DNA of 63,522 bases, the filler included, from Octopus bimaculoides (Eukaryota), in the NCBI RefSeq assembly GCF_001194135.2. It is 5 parts of 5 records of this genome, joined end to end, with 100 filler letters (N's around TTAATTAATTAA, not from the genome) between each part and the next. Parts side by side here need not be neighbours in the genome. Positions count along the whole stretch, not along the records: positions 1 to 17,035 come from NC_068986.1; 4 more parts are not named here. One strand, 5' to 3'. The notes beneath the pieces were generated by a model that saw only the letters and a list, made by a program, of their open reading frames with translations, did not search any database and had not been told where the DNA came from. This document shows positions 1 to 11,979 of this stretch, piece after piece. How positions within the stretch are numbered: the first letter of the stretch is position 1; every line of letters starts with the position of its first letter. The position numbers were made by a program, and so were the translations under genes.

Positions 1-31
1 ATATATATATATATATACATACATACATATA

Positions 32-67
<36 letters not shown>

Positions 68-915
68 TACAAACACACATACACACACACATATATATAT
101 ATACCGACACAGAATGCATTTGCATATTTCTAACGCGTTATACCACACACATGTCCAGGTATGCATGCTTACAATCACGCATGCTGCCGCTGAGAACACC
201 CAACTGCCAGTTTGTAAAATAATATCCTGTTATGTTTTCTATCATCCTTTTTCCCTTTTTATCTTCTTATCTACTTTCTAAATATTTATTAAATGTCGCC
301 ATACGTAGCTGTATATCATTCCTTTTTATTATGGTTCAGCATCGGCCTCGTTCAAATGATTCCATGCTTGTATACAAGGCTACGTTGGCAGAATCGTTAC
401 AGTGTCTGCCAAAGTAACTTGACGGACTTGTTGTTGATCATTAAGTTCGTGATTCAAATCGCGAGGACGTCAACTTGGCTTTTCACTCTTTCGTGATAGA
501 TTAAAAAAAAAAAAATACCAATCGAGAGTGGTAGATTGTAAGAATCGCTGGAGCTCTGGATAAAATGCTTAACAGTGTTTGTTCTGGCTCCATACGTTCT
601 ATGAGCCATACTTGTGTGGTGACCTTGTCAGTATCTAGCGTTTTGTAAAAAATACCCGAAGGAAGACAATGGTTTAGAAATTCTATGGTCAGCAGATATC
701 TTTTGTCAAGGAATTTAACATGGCTATCCATTGGATTATGCTAAATGATTCTAAGAACATAATATCAGCAGCGTGAAGACAAATTGCCGAACCAGGAATC
801 AAATATTCAAGGAAATTCTCGTTACGTGGTTGCTTGAAATAGCAGCTATATTCCTGTTGAATATGATCTTACCGTTTTAAAATGGAAAACAGATTGGATA
901 ATGTTACCTGGAAAT

Positions 916-1129
916 AAGGCGACGAGCTGGCTGAAGCGTTAGCCCGTCGGGCAAAATGCTTAGCGGTATTTCGTCTATCATTATGTTCTGAGCTCAAATT
1001 TCGCTGAGGTCGACTTTGTATTTCATCCTTTCGGGGTCGATAAAGTAAGTATTAGTTGATTACTGGGGTCGATGTAATTGACTTACTCCCAATCCCCGAA
1101 ATTGCTGGCCTTGTACAAAAATTTGAAGC
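916..1129 (+). mobile_element. SINE family A (tRNA-derived), full length
   Basis: Head AAGGCGACGAGCTGGCTGAAGCGTTAG (A-box-like), GAGCTCAAATT (degenerate B-box), body GAGGTCGACTTTG..TTTCGGGGTCGATAAA..TACTGGGGTCGATGTAAT; more than 20 related copies or fragments in the window. Confidence 0.85.
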
Positions 1130-1426
1130 CAGCGTTACATTGAAGGTTCTGTCTCAATAGAAAAAAAATGCGAGGCTTACGGTCGGAACGTTTTTGCTCA
1201 TAGATCTCGCCTAATGTCGAGCCATTGATAACAGCAAGTGGACTCCACTATAGGCCATTAGAGGTAAATGATAATTATGGGTCCTTATAGTATTTATCCC
1301 TTCTTCGTTCTAAATTCAAACTCACCGTTGTCGACATTGCGTATCTTTCAATTACATCGATAAAATAAGTGCCGGTTCTTATCGGAACCCGGAGATGGAT
1401 GTAATTGATTTAACTCTCTCTCTTTC

Positions 1427-1495
<69 letters not shown>

Positions 1496-1497
<2 letters not shown>

Positions 1498-1581
1498 AAC
1501 TCGGCGGAATTTGAACTCAGAACGTAATGGCAGACAAAATACCGCTAAGCATTTCGCCCGGCGTGCCACCTCGTCGCCTTG
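1496..1581 (-). mobile_element. SINE family A, 5' head fragment next to (CT)n
   Basis: Reverse complement reads AAGGCGACGAGG..GGGCGAAATGCTTAGCGGTATTTTGTC..CGTTCTGAGTTCAAATTCCGCCGAG. Confidence 0.8.
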
Positions 1582-2147
1582 ACGAGGTATTAAATAACAG
1601 CATTAACTGCATTAGGGTCACATATATATATATATATATATATATCATTGTACACATATACACTTTAAGATGTTCTACGTTTGTATTTATGTACGCATCT
1701 ATGTGTGGATACTATATTCTTTTATTCTTGTTCCAGTTGGGAAGCAACCTTCTTACCATACACCTACGCCTGCGCCTTATGTAGGTGTATATGCATGACT
1801 GTGTATATATATATATATGTTTTTAACAAGAAATTCTTTTCCAGGTAGAGTGTACCTGTTTCCTGGTGCAAGTTTAATTAGTAGATTGGCAAATATCCGA
1901 TGGACGTGATTTCTATGTCATTAAATTGCGTTTGGTTCTTGTGGCTGCTTCTCTAAGTTGTTGACTTTTAATTATCATTATTGTTTTGCGTATATGTTTA
2001 TACAATAGATATCGGTAAAACACAAATAGACGTACACACACACATATACACACACACACACACAGATACATATACATGTGTATGTTTGACTGTAAAATTG
2101 TATGTGTGCGTATAGGGGAGTCGGAGAGGGCTACGTACACACACTCA

Positions 2148-2178
<31 letters not shown>

Positions 2179-2569
2179 ATGTATATGCAAATGAATATAT
2201 ACACATATATATTCTTATATATAGAAAATACATACTACTATATATGTATACATATATATATATAGTGATATGTATCTTGTATATATAAGTATTTATGTTT
2301 GTAGATACATTTATAAATTCATATGTATGTGTGCATATATGTATGTATGTATGTACGCATATACATATGTATATAAACACATACAATCTTCTAACTGGTT
2401 TGTAAAGATTTCCGTTTTCGAGAATGGTACATGTTTATCCATAGCTGAATCTAAATACGCGTAACGTCAGATCTGGAAAAATATTACGTTTATATCTAAT
2501 ATTTTCACAATTATCACCTAAGACGTAGTGTAACATAACCCGAAAAGGAACACGCCCATATATACAGAC

Positions 2570-2611
<42 letters not shown>

Positions 2612-3445
2612 NNNNNNNNNNNNNNNNNNNNNNNNNNNNNNNNNNNNNNNNNNNNNNNNNNNNNNNNNNNNNNNNNNNNNNNNNNNNNNNNNNNNNNNNN
2701 NNNNNNNNNNNNNNNNNNNNNNNNNNNNNNNNNNNNNNNNNNNNNNNNNNNNNNNNNNNNNNNNNNNNNNNNNNNNNNNNNNNNNNNNNNNNNNNNNNNN
2801 NNNNNNNNNNNNNNNNNNNNNNNNNNNNNNNNNNNNNNNNNNNNNNNNNNNNNNNNNNNNNNNNNNNNNNNNNNNNNNNNNNNNNNNNNNNNNNNNNNNN
2901 NNNNNNNNNNNNNNNNNNNNNNNNNNNNNNNNNNNNNNNNNNNNNNNNNNNNNNNNNNNNNNNNNNNNNNNNNNNNNNNNNNNNNNNGAAAAGGAACACG
3001 CCCATATATACAGACATATATATATATATATGTATATATATATATTCCTGCCTTATATTTTAAGATCTAAAAAGATTAACTCTTTTACCTTTTCTACTTT
3101 ATAATTTTTACTTTTTCGTAATTTTCCACGTTTTCAATATACAACCTTCTCAACTATTCGCGTTTCTTCTCTTATTCAATACACATGCTATGTAGGATTT
3201 CCGTATAATATAGTTATTTATTGGATATTTTAATACATTTACTCTTGTACTGATTATTCTAGTTTTGGACTGATTGATTGATCTTCGGCGTAGTTGAACA
3301 ACCAATTCCAACCAGTCGGGATTCTCAGTATAGGCTGTACTATTCACCCTTTCGGTCGCTGAGTGCAAAACGTGACTCGGGAGACCTCTGTTCGGCTGAT
3401 TTTCTAGAATCACAATTTCATTCTTGTAAACCAATCTTTCACAAT

Positions 3446-3585
3446 GTTACCCATTTACAGCTGGGTGAACTGGAGCAACGGGAAATGAAGTCTTTTGCTC
3501 AAGAATACAACGTGCAGATGGTCTGGGAATCGAAACCGCGATCTTGTGATCGCGATGACAATATCCAAATCACTAGGCCATTCTA
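3446..3585 (-). mobile_element. SINE family D head (tRNA-derived)
   Basis: Reverse complement: TGGCCTAGTG (A-box), GGTTTCGATTCC (B-box), GTTGTATTCTTGAGCAAAAGACTTCATTTC..GTTGCTCCAGTTCACCCAGCTG, shared with 3672-3885 and 60005-60300. Confidence 0.75.
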
Positions 3586-3671
3586 CAAACTAAAATAAAA
3601 TGTATGTGTGTTTTAGTCGGTATTAAGCCATCCTTGTGCGTATAATATATGACTTGTACTTGCATAATTGT

Positions 3672-3885
3672 GAAGGCGCGTGGACTATTGATCAAGGTGT
3701 TGTACTCAAAATCTTAAGCTTGTGATTTCGATTCCCGGACAGGGCGGTGCGTTGTGTTCTTGAGCAAAACATTTTATTTTCCGTTGCTCAGTTGATTCAG
3801 CTGCAAATGAGGGAAGTTATTTCTGCGATGGACACCATCCAGTTCAGGAAGAATGTTGTGAAATTAGTCACGATGGAAACCAGGT
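3672..3885 (+). mobile_element. SINE family D with Meta/V-domain-like body
   Basis: GAAGGCGCGTGG..GATTTCGATTCCCGG head, TGTGTTCTTGAGCAAAAC, then CTGCGATGGAC..TCCAG..GGAAACCAGG resembling the Meta/V SINE central domain (recalled, not aligned). Confidence 0.65.
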
Positions 3886-3964
3886 TACCAACCTGGTAAG
3901 TACTGCGGCTCAAGACAGAACAACTTCTACAACAACAACAACAACTACTACTACTACTACTACA

Positions 3965-3996
<32 letters not shown>

Positions 3997-4338
3997 CTAC
4001 ATAACTGATACCACGTAAATTTGCGAAGGTCTTACCGCCAATACTGATTTGGCGAGATTTAAACTGAGCAAAGAGAAGAGAAGAATGAAACGAATATCTT
4101 AAGAATATTTAATCTTTATCCACCGCAACAAACTTTACCCTCCCATTTTTGTTTTATCCATTTCTAGTGCACTGAGAAGAGAACATAATATAGTTTTAGA
4201 ACAAACGAGTTTGGTTTAACAGCTGCTCTATAACAGACATCACGGGAGGTCCTAAAGTGTGCTTCTTAAACGAAATACATCGAATTATATACTTGAATAG
4301 TATTTTGTATACGAAGTTGTTTTTGTGATATGTATATG

Positions 4339-4370
<32 letters not shown>

Positions 4371-4532
4371 GTAAAGGAATATATTATATATTCAGTGTTG
4401 GAATGAAACACAGTTTAAAGAATGTCAAACCAAAACAACTATGAAAACAAACATTTAATATATACACAAATACAGACATTTACAAATAACATTTACATAT
4501 TGAAACGAATGTGAATACGTGTGTGTCTGAGC

Positions 4533-4571
<39 letters not shown>

Positions 4572-4668
4572 GAGAGAGAGATATACGTACAGAGACAGAA
4601 TGTAATGTATATGTATGTGTGTGTATATGTATCCACATATATCTGCACACACACACACATATATATAC

Positions 4669-4704
<36 letters not shown>

Positions 4705-5200
4705 GAATGCATGTGTGACTGTGCATGCCTGTGTACGTATAAATGTATATGTGTATGCATATATATACCTTTACGTATATGTGTGTGTGTTTGTGTGTGT
4801 ATGTGTAAATAGAGGTAAGTCTCTCTCTATATATATATGCATGTTTGTTTGTACGTGTTTGTGCCTCTGTGTGTATCTGTGTGTGCGTGTGTCCGTGTGT
4901 GTGTGTGTGTGTGTGTGTGGATATGTTTACAATATATGAAAATCGTGCATACTTAGCGATTATATATCTTCTATTTGTTTGAAAACAGACTTCAGAAACA
5001 TTATCAGAGTTTATATTTAAAAGAGTGAAATTGCAAGCACACTCGGTAGATCTACGAGCAAAATTATTTACTGTATTTAGTTACGTCTTTTTAAGTTTAG
5101 GGTTTAAATCTTACGAGAATCGTTTCACATCTCATCCTTATACCGATCGATTAAATAAAGTACCATCCAATAAATGGATATGATCAATATTTTTCTATTA

Positions 5201-5805
5201 TAAGGCGGCGAGGTGGCAGAAACGTTAAGCACGCCGAGCGAAATGCTTAACGTTATTTCGTCTGTCTTTACGTTCTAAGTTTTAATTCCGTCGAGGTCGA
5301 CTTTGTCTTTTTCCGATCGGGGTCGATAAATTAAGTATCAGTTGCGTACTGGAGTTGATTTAATCAGCTGCCCCCTCCACTCCCCAAAATTTTCGGGCCT
5401 TGTGCCTGGACTAGAAAAGAATATTCTATTCTTATGCATGCAGCGAGCTGGCAGAATCGTTAGCACGCTGAACAAAATATTTTGCGGCATTGCTTCCGTT
5501 TTACGTTCGAGATCGACATTTGCTTTGAATCCATTCGGACTTGATGAAATAAGTACCAGTAAAGTACTGGGGTGAGGGGGTCAGTGTAACTGACTAACTC
5601 TCCCACACCTCTAAAAATTACAGGCCTTGTGCCAATATTTGAAATAATAATGCGTTTGAGCCAATGGGAGACCATTTATGTTGTTATTCAATATGCTAGA
5701 ACTAGCAGCAAAGTCTTCCTCAAATCAACTAGAGATTATAACACATTATAATCGACTAGCCCCTCCCTCAAAATTTCAGGCCTTGTGCTTATAGTGGAAA
5801 AAGGT
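5201..5805 (+). mobile_element. Head-to-tail cluster of SINE family A (5201-5425, 5441-5645, 3' fragment about 5748-5805)
   Basis: Repeated GGCGAG(G/C)TGGCAGAA heads and GGCCTTGTGC tails in the same orientation. Confidence 0.8.
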
Positions 5806-5807
5806 AT

Positions 5808-6021
5808 TGGTTTAAAATTTTGGAAGAAGGCCAACAATTTTTAGGAAAAGAGGATAAGTCGATTGCATCGGCCCTAGAGCTGAACAGGTAATTTTATTGA
5901 CCCGAAAAGATGAACGGTAAAGTCGACCTCGGTGAAATTTGAATTCAGAGCGTAAAGGTGAACGAAATGCCGCTAAGCATTATCGTCCGAGGGCTAACGA
6001 TTCTACCAGTTCGCTGCCTTA
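5808..6021 (-). mobile_element. SINE family A, full length
   Basis: Plus strand carries AAAGTCGACCTCGG..GAATTCAGAGCGTAAAG..CCGCTAAGCAT..GCTAACGATTCTACCAGTTCGCTGCCTT, the reverse complement of the family A head and body. Confidence 0.8.
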
Positions 6022-6796
6022 AGTGGAAAGGATATTACTTATTGACTAAGCTAGCAGACATTGTAGAGTACTTTCTACCCCAGACGTTCCGAGTTCAAAA
6101 TTTGGTGGAGCCGATGTGCCTTATAACTAACTATTCTGGGTTATACGAACCATCCATCTACTGTTACCACAAATTATGTGCCTCAGTAAGATTTAATTGA
6201 CTATATTGTTCCCTCCTCTACACGTGACCTTGTGCGACGAAGGGGAGGAAACTATTGTTATTTGTATTATTATCATAACAGTACCATTGCTGTTTGTCTT
6301 AGTATTTTTCAACTGTTATCTATTGTATATTTTTGTCATTTGTGTTTTTATATGGTTGTTCTTCTTATTCGTGTTCTTGTTGTGGAGACTGTTGTACCAC
6401 CGTTGTTATTGAAAACTTTCTCCGTGCAGCTGCGAAAGAATTACATTTAAATGTTAGTCTTTATATTCTAAATAGATAAGGGTACTCGAAACAAGATGTT
6501 TTACATACTCTTTGATAATATCTCACCGTGGAATTGGAGTAGTCAAGCTATTTCTAGAGATCGTTGACAGAATTATGAAAAATATCATAGAGGACCTTAT
6601 TCCGTACTTGGCGGCAGTGGAAAGGAAACAGTTGGAAGGAGAATTGATAGGAATGTTTTAAGAGACACAAAGGAAGAGAGTGGGAGTGATTGTGCTTAAT
6701 TCATCAACGTAGAGAAACGGCTGTCTTTTTTGTGTTCTCATAAGTTCCACATATGTATATAAAAGTACCATTGTTACTATATATATATATATAGAT

Positions 6797-7058
6797 ATTC
6801 TAGTTTCAGCTCAAGGGTTGTGGCCATGCTGGGGCACTGCCAACTGGTGTTGCTACACCTTCGTTGATCTTTTTTTAATAGTTAACATTCAGCGAATGGG
6901 GGAGTTCGAGGGTGCTTTCCCCCGTTGCCGCTTCCTGTCGTGAAGATGCCTCATCTGCGTCTCTTGGCAGTAGGAGATCCAGTTTAGTTCTGAACACATC
7001 TAGATCCGCACTATGTAGATCTCTCAGCTCATGCGAGAGGATATAGAAAATCGGTATG
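6797..7058 (-). mobile_element. CR1-group LINE, 5'-truncated 3' end
   Basis: Minus strand translates ..FYILSHELRDLHSADLDVFRTKLDLLLPRDADEASSRQE, matching the CR1-group ORF2 C-terminus; ends in GGCAGTGCCCCAGCATGGCCACAA..GCTGAAACTAGAATA; homologous to 17251-17975. Confidence 0.75.
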
Positions 7059-7082
7059 TATATAGAGAGCGATAGACATACA

Positions 7083-7156
<74 letters not shown>

Positions 7157-7179
7157 CTATCTACTTTGCATAGTATATT

Positions 7180-7306
7180 CTTTTCTACTCTTGGCACAAA
7201 GCCCGAAATTTTGGGGGAGGGAGCCAGTCGATTAGATCGACCCTAGTACGCAACTGGTATTAATTTATCGACCCCGAAAGGCAAAGTCGACCTCGGTGGA
7301 ATTTGA
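7180..7306 (-). mobile_element. SINE family A, 5'-truncated, with 17-bp target-site duplication
   Basis: ACTTTGCATAGTATATT at 7163-7179 and 7307-7323 brackets a family A 3' portion that stops at the B-box. Confidence 0.85.
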
Positions 7307-7817
7307 ACTTTGCATAGTATATTAGAAGGTCTCTAACATCCGTCTCCCTTTTCAGATTAACCTAACAGTAACTCAAACTGATTTAATTTATTGTAAATTT
7401 CTTATAGAGCCTTCTCGTGATTATGGCTCTAACCGCGGGAAGGATTTTGAAAATGTATATGCGAATTACATATATGGATATTACCTGAGGCCTTTCTTGT
7501 AAGCGTACGTCGTAAATTCGATATAGTTTCACATTTTTACTTTTTTTTACTGGTTATATCCTTAGAAATAGAGAAGGAAAAGGAATAAGAGAAGCAAGAC
7601 AAGAGAAAATATATGATACGATATCGTATATTTCTCTCTTGTTTCTTTAATTAGTGTGCTTAGTTTCATTGCACATAGCCTCCCAGTGTTGCTCTTTCGT
7701 TTCGAACTTCTACGTTTTTCCTTCCACGTGTGCTACTTATTTAATTTTTTGTATTATTTGTTTTTATCCTTCTTCCCTTATAACCTTACTCGTCTATTTT
7801 TAAATTTTATATTCTAT

Positions 7818-7818
7818 G

Positions 7819-7850
<32 letters not shown>

Positions 7851-7871
7851 ATCTATCTATCTAACTGTCTG

Positions 7872-7904
<33 letters not shown>

Positions 7905-7940
7905 AGATAGACATACATACATACATACATACATACATAC

Positions 7941-7992
<52 letters not shown>
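7818..7992. repeat. Compound microsatellite (TATC)n-(CATA)n-(GATA)n
   Basis: Read directly. Confidence 0.95.
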
Positions 7993-8680
7993 TTATATAT
8001 TTATGTCTATAGAAAGCGCCCACATGTATTCGTGCGTTAAACTATATGCGTATTCATGTGTAAAATTGTAAATATGTTACAAAAATTACATTTTTATACC
8101 TACTTTTTATTCTTTTGTATATCAAAATAAATACATACATATAAGCATCTTATATAATCCTAAACATTTGCGTATTTTGAGGGATGTGGAGTTAGGGCCA
8201 TAGAAAGAGATAATTACATATATAAACATCGAAATTTTACAAATACCGCAAACACAAACAAGAATTAAGAATAAACACGTTCTGTAACTAAAGTGATGCG
8301 CTACGTGAATGCAATAGATTGTGTAGAAGTATTTAGAATGTTAAACAATTATCCAGTGGGTGAGCATCTAAACTTTTTAAACTCTGTAAGACATAAGTAG
8401 AATATTGAAGTAAAAACTCACTTTTGAAATGTCAACAAGTGATTTGAGCAACACTGAAAAATATATTCGTCGTAGGGTGCTAAGCTATGTGCTAAAAGGA
8501 TTGCACGGCTGCGTTGTTATGAACGAGTTCGATATCTTTTTTAGGTATTACCCGAAAATTTATCCTATTAAAATTACATTGGACCCTGATTGGAAGGTAA
8601 GGGGGGAAAAGGGTCACACGCTCTTAAAATTGTTTCATATGGTATTCATTTTAAGAATATCTATTGGATTAGTTAAAACT

Positions 8681-8935
8681 GGTTTGAAATTTTGACTCAA
8701 GGCCAGCAGTTTTAGAGGAGTGGATAAGTCGATTACATCAACTGGTAATTATTTTATCGATCCTGAGAAGACGAAAGGCAAAGTCGACCTCAGCGGAATT
8801 TGAAGTCAGAATGTAAAGGATTTGGGATTCAATAATATTGGTTTCAAATTTTGGAACAAGGCCAGGAATTTTTGGGAAGGAGTAAATCGATTACATTGGC
8901 CCCAGTGTTTAACCGGTACTTATTTTATCGACTCC
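8681..8935 (-). mobile_element. Two tandem SINE family A 3' portions (8681-8820, 8838-8935)
   Basis: Both begin GGTTT(G/C)AAATTTTG..CAAGGCCAG and carry family A body motifs. Confidence 0.8.
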
Positions 8936-8999
8936 AAAATTTGATTAATTAATATCAAGTGCATGTCATCAAAGTGATGTTATTATTATTATTATTATT

Positions 9000-9320
9000 T
9001 TATGTTTGACTTTTGTTTTGCATTTGTACAAGTTGGATCCAAGTCTCACCCAGAGACCTCAAGAGACAACAAGTTAGAAGTTCATGTAGGTGTTATGCCT
9101 AGGGTACCATATATTTGGATTTGTACAGTTTTGTTCAAGTGAATGTTTAAGAAACCATAAGAAAATTATGTGTTTGCGAGGAGGCATGATTTTTGTCTGA
9201 AGTCTTTCAGTATGATGTCTGGCCTATTTACGTCTATCTTTCTGTCAGTTTGAATGGTGAAGTTCCAGAGGAGTGCAATGTGATCATTTTCAAGTACTGG
9301 GGGTGGTTTGTGTTCCCACC
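9000..9320 (-). mobile_element. Dong/R4-clade non-LTR retrotransposon 3' end (restriction-like endonuclease fragment plus 3' UTR)
   Basis: WEHKPPPVLENDHIALLWNFTIQTDRKIDVNRPDIILKD is the R4/Dong REL motif; the 3' UTR ends in (TAA)n (8980-8999 read on minus). Confidence 0.8.
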
Positions 9321-10085
9321 NNNNNNNNNNNNNNNNNNNNNNNNNNNNNNNNNNNNNNNNNNNNNNNNNNNNNNNNNNNNNNNNNNNNNNNNNNNNNNNN
9401 NNNNNNNNNNNNNNNNNNNNNNNNNNNNNNNNNNNNNNNNNNNNNNNNNNNNNNNNNNNNNNNNNNNNNNNNNNNNNNNNNNNNNNNNNNNNNNNNNNNN
9501 NNNNNNNNNNNNNNNNNNNNNNNNNNNNNNNNNNNNNNNNNNNNNNNNNNNNNNNNNNNNNNNNNNNNNNNNNNNNNNNNNNNNNNNNNNNNNNNNNNNN
9601 NNNNNNNNNNNNNNNNNNNNNNNNNNNNNNNNNNNNNNNNNNNNNNNNNNNNNNNNNNNNNNNNNNNNNNNNNNNNNNNNNNNNNNNNNNNNNNNNNNNN
9701 NNNNNNNNNNNNNNNNNNNNNNNNNNNNNNNNNNNNNNNNNNNNNNNNNNNNNNNNNNNNNNNNNNNNNNNNNNNNNNNNNNNNNNNNNNNNNNNNNNNN
9801 NNNNNNNNNNNNNNNNNNNNNNNNNNNNNNNNNNNNNNNNNNNNNNNNNNNNNNNNNNNNNNNNNNNNNNNNNNNNNNNNNNNNNNNNNNNNNNNNNNNN
9901 NNNNNNNNNNNNNNNNNNNNNNNNNNNNNNNNNNNNNNNNNNNNNNNNNNNNNNNNNNNNNNNNNNNNNNNNNNNNNNNNNNNNNNNNNNNNNNNNNNNN
10001 NNNNNNNNNNNNNNNNNNNNNNNNNNNNNNNNNNNNNNNNNNNNNNNNNNNNNNNNNNNNNNNNNNNNNNNNNNNNNNNNNNNNN

Positions 10086-10325
10086 GAGAAACGTTGTCAT
10101 CTGCTGGTATTGATACATCAATTAGAAAGCATTTTTTTTCTTCATGATCTTTGACAACTATATCTGGTCTATTTGCCTTAATTTCTCTATCTGTGTGTAT
10201 TGGCATATCCCAGAGTATGGTTGCTTTCTCGTTTTCTGTGACCTTTTCTGGCGTGTGTTTATACCATCTTTTTTCTGTCGTTATTCCATAGTGTTGGCAT
10301 AGCTTCCTGTGTATATAGGTCCCAT
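10086..10325 (-). mobile_element. Dong/R4-clade non-LTR retrotransposon, 5'-truncated REL region
   Basis: GTYIHRKLCQHYGITTEKRWYKHTPEKVTENEKATILWDMPIHTDREIKANRPDIVVKDHEEKKCFLIDVSIPADDNVS; 5' junction abuts (ATT)n at 10326. Confidence 0.9.
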
Positions 10326-10347
10326 ATTATTATTATTATTTTCATTA

Positions 10348-10397
<50 letters not shown>

Positions 10398-10530
10398 TTC
10401 ATTATTGAAAAAGGATTTAAACAACAAAATACAGTATAGACCCTTTTAAAACAAGTGAATTCGTCATAAACTTACAGAACTCCAAAAACACACATTAGGT
10501 ATAGTGACAATAATAACAATAATAATAATA

Positions 10531-10602
<72 letters not shown>

Positions 10603-10680
10603 AGGATGATGATGAAGATGATAATGATTTCATTATTAAGCACAAAGGGTTTACATAGAAAAACATTCGCCGACAATGAT

Positions 10681-10729
<49 letters not shown>

Positions 10730-10748
10730 GTAATAATAATAATAATAA
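10326..10748. repeat. (ATT)n and (TAA)n tracts, partly in inverted orientation
   Basis: Read directly: 10326-10405, 10508-10600, 10680-10748. Confidence 0.95.
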
Positions 10749-10955
10749 GGTGGCTACAAGAATCGTTAGCACGCCGGACGAAATACTTAGCGGCACTTCG
10801 TCAATCTTTATATTCTAAGTTCAAATTCGCTGAGTTCGACTTTGCCTTTCATCCTTTCGAGATCGATAAAATAAGTACCTGTCAAGCACTGGAGGTCGAT
10901 GTAACTGACTAGCCCCTCCACCAAATTTCCAGGCCTTGTGCCTATGGTGGAAAGG
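10747..10955 (+). mobile_element. SINE family A, full length
   Basis: GAATCGTTAGCACGCCGG..AAGTTCAAATTCGCTGAG..CAGGCCTTGTGCCTATGGTGGAAAGG. Confidence 0.85.
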
Positions 10956-11855
10956 CGTCAGGCACTCGCTTCTCTTTACCAGTTGGGCAATATGGTCGGT
11001 GGAAGTTCTAGGGTAGCAATATATAGAAATCTAGTGGTGGGTAAGAGCGATGACGTCCTCAGGAAAACTCTGAGCATCGGTAAAGATGAACTAGTTGCTC
11101 TATTTCGGAGGAGCTTCGGGGTCCGGCACTACCATGGATAACGTCCAAACATCCTAGGCCTGGCTGTGCTACGAGGGAGTTCTGCCAGTGCAAGATAAAC
11201 TCTACAGGTACAGAATGACGTGCAGAACGACAAAACCGTTCTGCATGCAGTGTCCAACAATTGCTGATGCGTTATCGTGTGTGAGACCAATCTGACTATC
11301 AGCTGAAACCATCGTGTGGATCACCTCACCACACACCCTTAACAAGACAGAGTAGGCAGTGTTCTTCTGTCTAGAGCCTGAGGCAAAAGAGGTTGCATGG
11401 TAGACGAGGCTGAAAGGATTGTTGAAGATACTTTCCTCTTCGGTCAAGCTCTCATCGACCTTTTTAGTTCCACTAGGAAAGAAAAGTGAGATTGGAGGAG
11501 GAAGTGTTACCTCCCAGTGAATTTGTGAAAAGATGGGTGATTGAAGAAAAAATAGAGTGAATGGCCTCACTCTATGTATGCGTCTGCAGATTGAAAAGCA
11601 GGAGAGAGAGCTCGTGCCTTTGATGGTCAGGGTAATCCTGAATATGTGGGGTTCTTTGGTTGGCCCTAACTGAAGTTTCTCCTGTATCAGGTGGGCTGCA
11701 TTATTTTTGCTATCACATATTTTGTTCACCATATATATTTTTATCGCATTTCATTGTCTTTTCTATTCTCCCCATCCTTTTCTGTAAATCTCCACACAAA
11801 GTATTGTGTCCTTGTAATGTGCCCCTCATTTATGCCCCTGTGACTAATAAATGGG
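10956..11855 (+). mobile_element. Tx1/L1-clade LINE, decayed ORF2 C-terminus and 3' UTR
   Basis: Frame-broken translation: RQALASLY..LFRRSFG / TS*AWLCYEGVLPVQDKLYR / KTVLHA..QCPTIAD (zf-RVT-like) / LSAETIVW..AKEVAW*TRLKGL / RKVRLEEEVLPPSEFVKRWV; AATAAA at 11846-11851 before (ATT)n. Confidence 0.7.
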
Positions 11856-11892
11856 ATTTTTATTATTATTATCATCATCATCATTATTATTA

Positions 11893-11979
<87 letters not shown>

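Noticed and set aside
1168-1195. Hammerhead relic GAGGCTTACGGTCGGAACGTT
   Set aside because: Both CUGANGA and GAAA are broken; indistinguishable from chance.
11202-11732. 176-aa minus-strand ORF as a gene
   Set aside because: It is the antisense frame of the decayed Tx1-like ORF2 on the plus strand.
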